A stretch of DNA of 63,665 nt, filler included, from Licmophora abbreviata (lineage: Eukaryota): assembly GCA_900291995.1 (NCBI GenBank). It is 16 parts of 16 records of this genome, joined end to end, with 100 filler letters (N's around TTAATTAATTAA, not from the genome) between each part and the next. Parts side by side here need not be neighbours in the genome. Positions count along the whole stretch, not along the records: positions 9,041 to 11,394 come from OLMU01002094.1; positions 11,495 to 21,115 come from OLMU01002096.1; positions 21,216 to 22,645 come from OLMU01002097.1; 13 more parts are not named here. The stretch is one strand, 5' to 3'. The position numbers were made by a program, and so were the translations under genes. Below the pieces are notes generated by a model. The model worked only from the letters and a program-made list of their open reading frames with translations. It was not told the origin of the DNA and did no database searches. Of the stretch, positions 10,912 through 21,229 are shown piece by piece (within the stretch, counting starts at the first letter, position 1; every line of letters starts with the position of its first letter).

Positions 10912-12335
10912 ATGAGAGCTCTGACGATGACAGCCATCTGCACAATAATTGTATGCATCGCTCTTCTTCCAGCAGCACACGGCTTGTCTACTTCTCTGCC
11001 TCGCCAACATACTGGCGTATGGCTGTCACCTTCTAAATCTTCGGGTCTCTCCTTCTTAGGCCGATCACTGCTAGTACCGAATCGCGTCGCTCGTAGGAGT
11101 CAACGGAAGAACTTGATGGTTTCGAACGACACTCAAGAACGCAATGACGATGGCATCATTTACAATGCAAAAGGCGGGTTCACCGTACCAAGCATGATGT
11201 TACCGACTGGAGGAAGACGAGGATCGATCCCAGGCGAGTCACCCGAAGAAACCCAAACCGGTGGTAGCGGAATACTGCAAGTCGTTCGAAAACGGTTTGG
11301 TATCCAAGTACTACGCGCCAAAAAGAAGGATGCGACAGACGACGAAGAGTCGTCCTCCAAGTGGTGGCAGAAGATTCCTTTTGTCAGTACCGACNNNNNN
11401 NNNNNNNNNNNNNNNNNNNNNNNNNNNNNNNNNNNNNNTTAATTAATTAANNNNNNNNNNNNNNNNNNNNNNNNNNNNNNNNNNNNNNNNNNNNTGAAGA
11501 GAGAAAACAAAAGGAAAAGGAGGCTGCTGAGCGGAAAAGAGCTTCCGCCACAGAGTTGAACGGTCGTTCGTTACTCAACATCAATCCTTCCTTGTCTTGG
11601 CCGTCCTCTCTGCCCAATACTGGGCTGGGCGACACGGGAAACACTGAAACAGAATCGAAACTTCGCAACAAGAACCCTCCTAGTGTTGCGCAGAAGTTCC
11701 TGTCATCGAGATCAGAAAAGGCCGAACAGGAGAAATCAACGAACGACCAAGACAAGGAGTCACTCTGGTCATCCTCTACCAAGCTAGTCTCAGGCATGTG
11801 GGACTCTATCGGTGGAAAGATTCAAGAGGAATGGGTGCCCGTCATGCCGAAAACGAGAATGTTCCCAGGCGAAGTCGTTCCCGTGCAGATTGGCGGCATA
11901 GATTTGCTTGTGATTGCGTCACGAGACGGGAAGAAGCTGCATTGTCTGGCCAATTCCTGTTCTCACCTTGGGACGCCACTCGAATCGGGTTTGGTGGAAA
12001 GTCGCCCCGTCAATCCATCGCGTCAAGGCGGGTCCTCCGTGTCCGGCGCAAACACGCAAGAGGTGGAAGATTGCATTATCTGCCCACTACATCATACCGC
12101 GTTTGCACTGGACAGCGGAGACGTACGGGGAGAGTGGTGTCCGTATCCTCCTGTAATCGGTGCGATTACTGCGAACCTGAAACCCAAGTCGCCTGTTGCG
12201 GTATTTGACATTCGAACAAAAGGAAAGAATATTGAGGTGTGCATCAACTCGAGCGTGGACAGCGATACTGGGAAGAAGAAAGACGTTCCCGTACGCAAAC
12301 AACGCGGCTCCAGTGCTACTCGCGCCGATCAATGA
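10912..12335 (+). CDS. Rieske [2Fe-2S] ferredoxin-like domain protein with long N-terminal extension; spans gap 11395-11494
   Basis: CSHLG...CPLHH ligand motifs and F.L.SG.V.GEWCP in the C-terminal part. Signal peptide before the gap. Joining across the gap is inferred. Confidence 0.75.
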
Positions 12336-12437
12336 CACTGCGAACCGCGTTCCTCTGTAATTTCTCAGTAGGATGCAAATTAGAGCTACAATGATATATT
12401 ACTTCTATCACATCAATGCCGCATGTAACATGCGGTG

Positions 12438-13163
12438 CTATATTATCTCACCGTCCGCTGTCTCTTGTAGCTGCAAGTCACCTTCCACAATCGCAGCGTC
12501 TACGACTTCCTCCTTGTGATTGCTAGTTTGCCTCTTTGTTCGCCACAGCATAAAACCAAAGACGCCTACAAAAGCCAGCGACACGAAAACGATGAAAAAG
12601 ACTGCCACACCGGTCATTTTCCCATCACCTCCTGGACTCGAAGACGCCAAGTCCTCTGGTGGCGCTTCTCCTTTTAAGTATTGACAATGTTGTCCTTCAA
12701 ACTCATCTGCACAATTGCACCCCGGATGGCGTTCTCCTCTTTTCACTTTCTTCTTGCACTCCCCATCCTTGACACAAAAGGCAATGTCGTTGGGAGCCCC
12801 ATCAATGACACAGGACGACGTGGCCTCATTCTCGCACTGCAATCCCGCAAAGGGCGAAACGCCATAGGCTTTGGTGCAGTCACAGTGATAGGCATACTTT
12901 TGTGTGACAGGGTCTCTGTCGCTGTTTCGAACACAAACACTCCCATTGAAACAAGTCCGGTCTCCGTCATCGCATGTGTCAAAGGGAATAGTGCAGTCCC
13001 CGCCTGCAAAGTTCGGTTCGCACTGACACACATCCTCGTCACATGACCCGTGAATACAAGTGCTGACACTGCAGGATGCGCATGCGGGCGACACGAGGAG
13101 CGAAATGCATAGAAGCAGTGCACAGAAACGCATCGAACGGTTGGTCATCATCCCCATGGTCAT
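12438..13163 (-). CDS. EGF-like repeat type I membrane protein
   Basis: Signal peptide, three Cys-rich EGF-like modules (C.HG.C...C.C...FAG.DC; CFNG..C...CDC...GLQC; C...GEC...CNC...EGQHC), one TM helix, short acidic tail. Confidence 0.85.
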   Translation of the reverse strand: MTMGMMTNRSMRFCALLLCISLLVSPACASCSVSTCIHGSCDEDVCQCEPNFAGGDCTIPFDTCDDGDRTCFNGSVCVRNSDRDPVTQKYAYHCDCTKAYGVSPFAGLQCENEATSSCVIDGAPNDIAFCVKDGECKKKVKRGERHPGCNCADEFEGQHCQYLKGEAPPEDLASSSPGGDGKMTGVAVFFIVFVSLAFVGVFGFMLWRTKRQTSNHKEEVVDAAIVEGDLQLQETADGEII

Positions 13164-13472
13164 TGTTAATTTTCTGGCTGCGAGACTGACTCTCGAAAAA
13201 TGGCACCATCGTGCACCACAGATTTTTTGGGTTCGCAACCTTCCGTACTGCGCTACGGTCATCCAAACATCCAGCCACTGATCATATATTCGTACACTTC
13301 TCAGTGATCTGGCCTTCGCCGGGAGTCAGGCCTGCTGCACATCACACTACAGCCGCGACGCCTCGACCATGATGTGCGGAACGCGACGGGATGAGCCCAT
13401 CACTCCTCTGTTCCACGACGGGCCCATCCTCTTCTCGCGTGGCCCATTCTATCGACTCGGTCTCACCCCATC

Positions 13473-14398
13473 ATGTCTCTTAGGAGAAAGAGACAAGTCT
13501 GCCTCTTTGGATTGTCGGCAGATCCTCCGACCGGCGAAGGAGGTCACGTTGGCATCGTCAAGGCACTCGCTGCAATGGACGACTTGGATGAAGTGAGGGT
13601 CCTTCCGGTCTATCGGCACACGTTCTCAGTATGTGTATAAAGAAGAGAAGCGAGCGAGAGTATGAGTGTCCTGATGATTGTGAAGAGTTCTCTAATTCTT
13701 TGAGTTGTGTCTATATGTGCAAACACAGGGAAAACGAGATCGGCTCGTGTCGTACAACGATAGAGTCGCCATGTGCAGACTGGCTTTCGAAAGCATTCCC
13801 AAAGTTCAAGTATCCCAAGCGGAACAACTTTGCTATGAAAGGAGAGCGATAGGACTGTGAGTGTGCCTCTTTTAGACCATGACGACGACGACGACGATGA
13901 TGAGTACGCTTTCGATGGTATCTCACAGTGTCTTTTGCGTTTTGTATCGATACGTCGTCATGAAGGACACAAGAAGAACGGAGGGACCTCCGCGTCGGAA
14001 CGGCTGATTTGTTGGAAATGTTGCTGGACAACGAACCCGATTGTGAATTTACGTTTGCACTGGGCGCCGATACATTCATAGATTTGATCGACTGGAAGTG
14101 GAGACGATCACGAGACGTCTTGAGGTTGTTGGATGGGAGGTTTGTCGTTTTTGCAAGGCAGTCGACTGACACTGAGGAGGATGTCAATGTCAGGGATTCG
14201 ACTCTGCAAGAAAGGATCGATCTTATCAACAGAGAGGAGAACGCACATGTAAGGCTCCTTCCGATATCGACGTTGACGGCCGTATCGTCGACGACGATTC
14301 GATCATGCAGAGACGAAGAGGTGTTACGGGAACTGGTGGTGCCTTCAATTGTCGAGTACATGAAGAGGAACAAAATGTACGCCTTTTCCAAAGAATAA
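13473..14398 (+). CDS. Nicotinate/nicotinamide-nucleotide adenylyltransferase (NadD/NMNAT-like). Three exons; introns about 13629-13728 and 13857-13965
   Basis: Spliced product VCLFGLSADPPTGEGGH...VLPV..H.F.GK..L....R..MC.LAF...GTADLL...LGAD.F.DL..WKW...VSSTTIR...V..Y. Confidence 0.8.
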
Positions 14399-14852
14399 AT
14401 GATACTGGTTTATGCCCTCGGAGGCTCTGCCAGGCTGCTATAGGTGGCGTGTGGGTGTTGGGTGTTGACTGAACAAAGCTCAGTTTCTTGAGGGTATCGT
14501 AGGTTCAGGTTTGTTCCTGTCAATGGGACTGTCATGACATTTTAATCCAGATAAGTATATTTGTCCGAAGACAACATTCGTCACATATCATTTTCCAATA
14601 GCGTTGATGTCGCGTCTGTGAGCGGCTTTCGAAGAGTTGAACCTCCCATCGCGACGTCGCCGCGGTGCCATCACAGTATATCAAAAGCCTTCAAACCTCT
14701 CGTCGTCTCTACTCAACGGAGCCTTGATCAGTATTGCCTTGGTCGAATCCATTGCATCTCTCTCCTCACGTGAAACTCCTTTCTATTCAGGGAGGGCCAG
14801 TTGCCTGGTCCAAACTCACTCGAAGACAGAGGCACACAGCACCGCCGTCGTC

Positions 14853-17651
14853 ATGTCGCGTTACGCTCAAGTGGGAACTGCGTTGCTACTTCTGTGCCTT
14901 CATTCCGTTATTTCCATCCTGGAAGATGGATCCTGTAATCTATTGACCATGGTTCCTTTCACAGTGGGGTGAGTCAGAAATACGCGATAGTTTTGATCTA
15001 CTCGTATTGTTTGATTAATGGCCAACCGCCCTCACATTTCAGAAACCCTCCTTCACACCCACAGAGATCTTGACAATTCACGTTTGCACCAGGGTATTGG
15101 ACGCAGCAACATTGGATTTTCGCACATGGCAGCGTCAGTTCTTGCCATGGAAGACTTTAATTCTCGAAACCCACAAGTCGTTCCGGAGCTTGCCGGAGAA
15201 TTGTTTGCCGACAATCGCTGTTCTGTTTACTTTAACGAGTCCACCCGGCTTGTTCTAAACTCGCACGGAAAAGGGACAGAGGCAGTCGGGGAAATCATCG
15301 AGCAGGTATACAATCGCAATTCTCCCGATGCGCTCGTTGGTGGCTATTACGAACAGGCCGCTCTGGAAATGAGCGTGGTGGCGAACAGTCTGAGAATACC
15401 CTACGTTGCCTACGGAGGTTCGAATCGGCGATTGGTCACACCGTACTTCTACCCCTATACGACACGAACTTCCCCAGGTGTCGAGACTGTCGGGAAAGCC
15501 ATCCTTAGCTTTTTACTGAACCTGGGAAGAACTGACTTTATTTCCATCGTTCAGGCCGAGTCTGATTCATCGTTTCAGCTCAAAGAGGCAATTGTGACAG
15601 CTGCTGAGAATAAGGGAATTCGAGTAGAACGTACTGGATACTTGCCTCCTATATTATCGGGGACGCCGCAAGGAATCAAACAAGCGCTGGAAGTGACGAA
15701 AAACTTTGGTTTCAAGACGGTCATTTCCATCGTAGAAGACATGGAAACCGAGATCCCTTTGATTGCAGATGCGGCCGAGGAGCTTGGCCTGAACGGCGGC
15801 GACATCGTCTGGCTATTTGCAGGAAAGTTCTCTGAGCAATGGCCCTTGCTGCTACCTGGACTACTGGAAAGTGGTAGTGTACGAAAGCTTCTGGGAGGAT
15901 CAGCTTTTGTTCAGGCAGTGGACGGCTTCGCATGGAATCCAAGCCAAGATCCGTTTCTTGCTGCCTGGCGGAGGCAGAATGCGGCTTTCGTGGACCGCGT
16001 GAACTCGATGAATCCTCTTTTGCCGGAGGACCTGGGATACTTTGATGCCGAAAGTGATTTTTTTGAAGTGTTCGATCCAGAGCTAGGATCGGCGTTCATA
16101 TACGACTCAGTAATGGCATTCGGATTCGGGCTTTGTCAGGCACAGATAAGCGGAGACGTTTCACCAAAGTCCGTTGTGTCAGAAACCCATTCAGTCCAAT
16201 TTCAAGGTGCCACTGGTCCAGTCCGATTTGGGAATGATCCTGCGTATCCAGGTAGTCGTTCAAGCGAGTCGGTCACGTTTGGGGGTTACAATATCCAGGT
16301 TGAGGCGGATCCAGTAGTTGTACTGACAGACTTCGTTCGAGGCGATTTCAAGTCGCTCAGCACCGAGTGGACCGAGGTTGTCCCATTTATATTTGCGGAC
16401 GGATCACAGAGCTCACCAAGTAAGCTTAGGGCGACCCCAGAACAGAACTACCTCTCGTCGGGCCTGCGCACATTTGGACTTTGCATGTTTGGTGTCGCTG
16501 TGATGCTAGTTATTGTTTCGGCTATTTGGGTATTCTTGAACCGAAAGAAACGAATTGTCAAGGCCTCTCAACCCGCCTTTCTGTATGCGATACACGCTGG
16601 GTCCTTTATCATATGTTGGGCGATTGTAACCATCTCATTTGATGAAAGCTACGGTACAAGCGTTGAGATGCTTGGCGCTCTTTGTACAATCACGCCATGG
16701 ATCGTCACTCTGGGTATCATTATAATTTATGGTGCCCTCTTTTCCAAGGTTGGTCTATGAGCTTGTTGACACTGCTTTGTGTTGCACCTTTCTTTCGTTT
16801 CTCACGCTCGTATTGTGTCGTAGCTATGGAGAATTAACAAGATCTTGCAGTTTCGCCGTCGAACCGTCACGGTGCACCAAGTTGTCTGGCCGATAGCGAT
16901 CCTCATCGTTGCTGCGATTGCCCTTCTCGCCGCTTGGACGGCGGTCGAAGGATTCGACTGGGTTCGAATAGAGGTGGATGGAACGACTGGAGAGTCGTTG
17001 GGAAAGTGCAAGGGAGAGAATACGATTGCATGGTTCACACCCATTTTCCTTCTCGTTATCATCCCTGTGCTCATGACGGCGTACATGGCCTGGAGGACCA
17101 AAGACATACATGACGACTTTTCTGAGTCCTCATGGATCTTTATTCTGATTTTGGTTCAGCTACAGGTGCTAGTTATCGCAATACCAGTTCTACATATCAT
17201 TGAGGTGAACTCTGCCAACGCTCGGTATATTGGGCAAGTGATGCTGTTTTGGATTTACGCAGTATCCACCATTCTTTTGCTCTTTGGTCCCAAGGTCTAT
17301 ACAATGTATCAAACTGGAAGCACAAGTGGGAAGAGAGGTGACACGACCGGAGGCAACGTGCATATAACTGGCCTGAACAACGCCAGTGCATCGCGAGCCA
17401 TGGGCTCCAAAAGAGGCCATCTCTCTTCTCGCTCTAACGGAGGTGGTGGTACCTCCCTCTCGGGAAAAGACGAGAATTCCAGCGGTAGGGAAAGGAGTTG
17501 CCGAACCTCAGTGATCGCAACGGATGACGCGGAAAGGAAGCTTACGGCAAGCGAAGTTCCAAAGAATGGACCGCTTAAAGCCACGCAGGAAGGCGACGAG
17601 AGCCTACAAGATGGCTTACATGCCAACAGGGAGTTGGACTCATCCGTATAG
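14853..17651 (+). CDS. Class C (GABA-B-like, 7tm_3) GPCR with periplasmic-binding/Venus-flytrap ectodomain. Introns 14969-15064 and 16749-16823
   Basis: Signal peptide; ANF-receptor-like region (YD.V..., F.GATG.V.F); IVKASQP.FL, C...PW, LFSK|LWRI, FSES, LLFGPK. Confidence 0.9.
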
Positions 17652-18105
17652 TCTAATTGCTGCCTTCAGTGGCCTTGATTTTTTTAATATGTAAAACTAA
17701 GAGTATTTTATGATCAATCATCTTCTCGGTGTGTCAGCGGTTGTGAACTGCTTACGACAGACCTACGACGTAGCCTCCCCGGGTTTTAGGCCCAAGCACG
17801 ATCGGAAAGTAAGAGCAGCCTGGAGACGATTTTGTTGCGAACAGTTGGACGGCTAAAGTGCGTCCAATGTGAGCGAATGATTATTGTCGCGCGCAAAGAG
17901 GCCGCGGTACCCGATGTCGCGTGCACAGTCTAAAGTGTCGCGACGCCGCCGCGGCGCATTTGAACACTCATGATCATCAAGAACTTGTATTCGTCTATGA
18001 CGAGATCTGCGCCAAATGTAAAATAGCGTCAGGCTAGCGGCTTGAATGCATCCATCGTAGAAGCCAAAAGTCTAATCTTTGCCGCTCTGATAATTAATTT
18101 TAGCA

Positions 18106-18540
18106 ATGAGACGAAGCTTCGCTATCCTACTAGTCATGATCAACGGGTTGCTGATGATGCTGAGTCTTTCGGGAGCGACGGACATTCAGTGGACTCCGGG
18201 GCGAGACGACCCGAAAGACAAAGCTGCCGCTGCGCCAAAATCTCAAAAGTACTGGGACGAACACGGGATTGAGCGACCTGACTACGCCAAGACTGATGCC
18301 GAAGTTGCCCGAGAGAAACGGGCGCGCGAAGGTGACAGCGGGACAACCCAGCCGTCGTCACTACGGAGTCTGCTTGTGCTCGTGTTGCTAGTCGCTGCCC
18401 CCGTTGTCTTCTGCATCAAGCGTAGGGAAGGAAGTCGACTAGGAGGTGGCGGATTTCAGTTTGGGCAGCTAAGCGGAGAAGATGCTAGAAAGGCTCGCTT
18501 GGCTCGTTTCGAGACACGGAACACGCTCAAAGCCGAGTGA
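18106..18540 (+). CDS. Small single-pass membrane protein with signal peptide, unknown function
   Basis: Hydrophobic N-terminus, PKSQKYWDEHGIERPDYAKTDAE block, TM helix, G.RLGG, and C-terminal EDARKARLARFE. Confidence 0.65.
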   Translation: MRRSFAILLVMINGLLMMLSLSGATDIQWTPGRDDPKDKAAAAPKSQKYWDEHGIERPDYAKTDAEVAREKRAREGDSGTTQPSSLRSLLVLVLLVAAPVVFCIKRREGSRLGGGGFQFGQLSGEDARKARLARFETRNTLKAE

Positions 18541-19055
18541 GCTCTCCCATCGATCAATTCTGAGGGCACAGATGATGTTAGGGGTGAATCACGTAACCTC
18601 ATTTGATACTGGAGAAGAGTCGATTAAGGAGAAGCTTCCTGCAAGGCACCAGTTTGACTTAGGATCACTCTACTTCCGCGAGTACTTCCATTGGTGGCCC
18701 TTTTGTGAGGATAAGGATCACGCATGGAGAACGCACGCTTTGCAGTCATGCTACAGGACCATAGGCCTTCTTGTCCAGGTATAACACCATTTAGTGCTCT
18801 TTGACTTTCGTCTTCTCGTGATGGTGTTCTATATTAGCGTGTAGTAGCATCCTCATAGCACCCCGAAACGACGAACGATGCCTGGCTGCGATATGGAATT
18901 TGGAATGTCGAAGCTAACTATGCGCTCCCAGCCGCTCATTATGATGCGCCGACTGTGATGATGGCAACCTCTCTAGTTTGTCGTTCCGTCTCTGCTGCTG
19001 TCTCGGTGTGCATGCCAAGATGACGTTACCTCGGAGATCGACGCGACAAAGAAGG

Positions 19056-20495
19056 ATGGCTAAACTGCTTGGAACCTCAATCCTGATTACTCATTGCTGT
19101 CATGATGCCAGAGCCTTCTTGCTGCCGGCGGTGAGGATGGGAGCTCCCATCACTCATGCATCTAAACCGACGCCTCAACCGTACATGTCATCTCATCCAC
19201 GACATGTGCGACCGAGAATACGACAATGGCCGCTCAGAAGCACTTCGGGAAAGTCACTGGAGAATCTTGACGAGCCCCTATCATCATCAGATCGACCCGA
19301 GTGGGCTCTGGACTGGATGCCGACATGGCTCATCACCATGAGACCTGGCGTCCAGTTCCTGACAGGCATGTGTCTCTATATATTTCATCTCAAAGTACTG
19401 ACGCAGCACTCGCTTGCATTTCCGTTTCAGCTCATACCAAATTCAGAAGGGCGATTTCAAAGTATTGGACTCGACTCGTAAGTTACTGTACCACACGTTG
19501 GCCATATGTGCTCTCTTGTCACTCTCTCTTCCCTGACACTGTCAATCCCCCACTTTTTGCCGCAATACAGACTAGCCGGCATCTTATCTTTGTGGGGGTA
19601 TTTTAACTTGCGAAAGGCAACCAAACGTAGAAAAGTTGCTGCAGTACCATCCTTGCTCGCGAACCCATCTCGCAGCAGCGCTCCTTGGCGCTTCCGTAAG
19701 CCCAGTGCAAAGATGCTGACAGAGCCGGGGCCGCGGTCCACTGGAATCATTGCCTTTTTGATGTTGGTACAGGCATACTTTTACACGGGCCGCTTTGCGC
19801 TCTTTTGGGAAGACACCTTTTACGCTGCGGCCGGAATGGGATTCCCCATGACGATTGCTATGCATCGGTCGCTGTGTGTGCTGATGGGACACCTGACGTG
19901 GGTCGCTATCGGGGGCATTATTCTAAGGGTAATTCCCCGGCCGCAACCGTTCTTTGGTGGTGGGCACAGACGAGATGAAGAAACGGGTGCAGTGACTGGA
20001 AAGCGGAAGTTTCGATGGTTCACAAGTACGTGGGATTCGTATTGGCTCTGGTGGGCGATCGGGGGATACTTTGTCTCGGCGTGGATGTTTAACATTGCCG
20101 ACTTTATCAACCAGTTCGTTCTACCGGCACAAGTATTTGAAGCGACCGCCGAAGGCGTGGTGTCCCAACTCATCAATCCAGAGAACAACGATCTGGCGGC
20201 CAGTGTGGTTGGGTGTGTAGCTCCTTGTTTGTCAGCTCCATGGTGGGAAGAGGTCCTATACCGAGGCTTCCTGCTCCCCGCAATGTGTCTACACATGCCA
20301 TTGTGGCCCTCTGTCTTATTGAACGGCGTCGTCTTCTCGGCACATCACCTGTCCGCGGCGGGGGCTATTCCGTTGGCGGTACTCGGTTGCACGTGGGCGA
20401 CAATTTATGCAAAGAGTGGCAATCTCCTCGTGACGATTCTAATTCACGCCATGTGGAACAGTCGTGTCTTTCTCGGCAGCTGGTTAGGCCTTTGA
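19056..20495 (+). CDS. CPBP/Abi (CAAX-protease-like) intramembrane protease, probably plastid-targeted. Intron 19478-19570
   Basis: ARA-FL leader. APWWEEVLYRG, FSAHH and HAMWN are the canonical CPBP motifs. Confidence 0.88.
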
Positions 20496-21229
20496 TGCCG
20501 TCGCTTTTGGGTCAGTAACAAACTGCTGGGCCTCTTTTGGTAGAGGGGATTCATTCATCTCGTGTCGACATGAAGAAAAACGAGGACAGGGCGGGGCCCA
20601 ACAAGGACATACAAGCAACAACTCTAACTCTCTACTCGAGAGCTATAGGTCTTTCAATTGACTGCGGACTTGCGTGATAAATACTTTTTGTAATGATCAA
20701 ACAGTAGCTTGCGCAAGTGCCTAGCTTACATACTACTTCAGTAGTTCATAGACTCACTCTCCGTATCAGACATGTTGACAGTCGGCAGGCGGACACATTC
20801 ATCAGCGCGCCCGTCGAACACGGCGCGCCATTTTTTTTGGGCTTTGACAAGGCAGTCAGTAAGTCGCCCGTGGGCGCGCCATTTTTTCAAAGATCGAGCT
20901 GCCGTAGAGACTTGGTATGTTTCTACGAAGAGAAAGGTTGGCCAGCGCTCCGTTTGGCATTGATTTGCTTCGCCACATCTCCACCACCGCAACAAAAAGA
21001 GTAGACGACCTTGTCGTTGCTTCATTTTTCACTCCCTGAACGTCGTTCTCATTCGACATTACAGGCTGCTAATCACCATGCTGAGAACACTGTTGGTTCG
21101 ACATAGACTGGCGGCNNNNNNNNNNNNNNNNNNNNNNNNNNNNNNNNNNNNNNNNNNNNTTAATTAATTAANNNNNNNNNNNNNNNNNNNNNNNNNNNNN
21201 NNNNNNNNNNNNNNNGGCTGCTAATCACC

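Noticed and set aside
9355..12335. Divergent sarcosine oxidase and Rieske genes as a glycine-betaine catabolic pair
   Set aside because: The Rieske protein has no oxygenase catalytic domain and appears targeted to a different compartment.
12419..12435. Inverted repeat CCGCATGT-A-ACATGCGG between convergent genes
   Set aside because: An 8-bp arm with a 1-nt spacer can arise by chance in 63 kb; no supporting context.
13880..13902. GAC/GAT trinucleotide runs (also about 28920-28940 and 48025-48060)
   Set aside because: Ordinary microsatellites or poly-Asp/Arg tracts.
18530..18800. TGA readthrough (selenoprotein) of the small membrane protein
   Set aside because: No SelK/SelS-like context at the stop and no recognisable SECIS.
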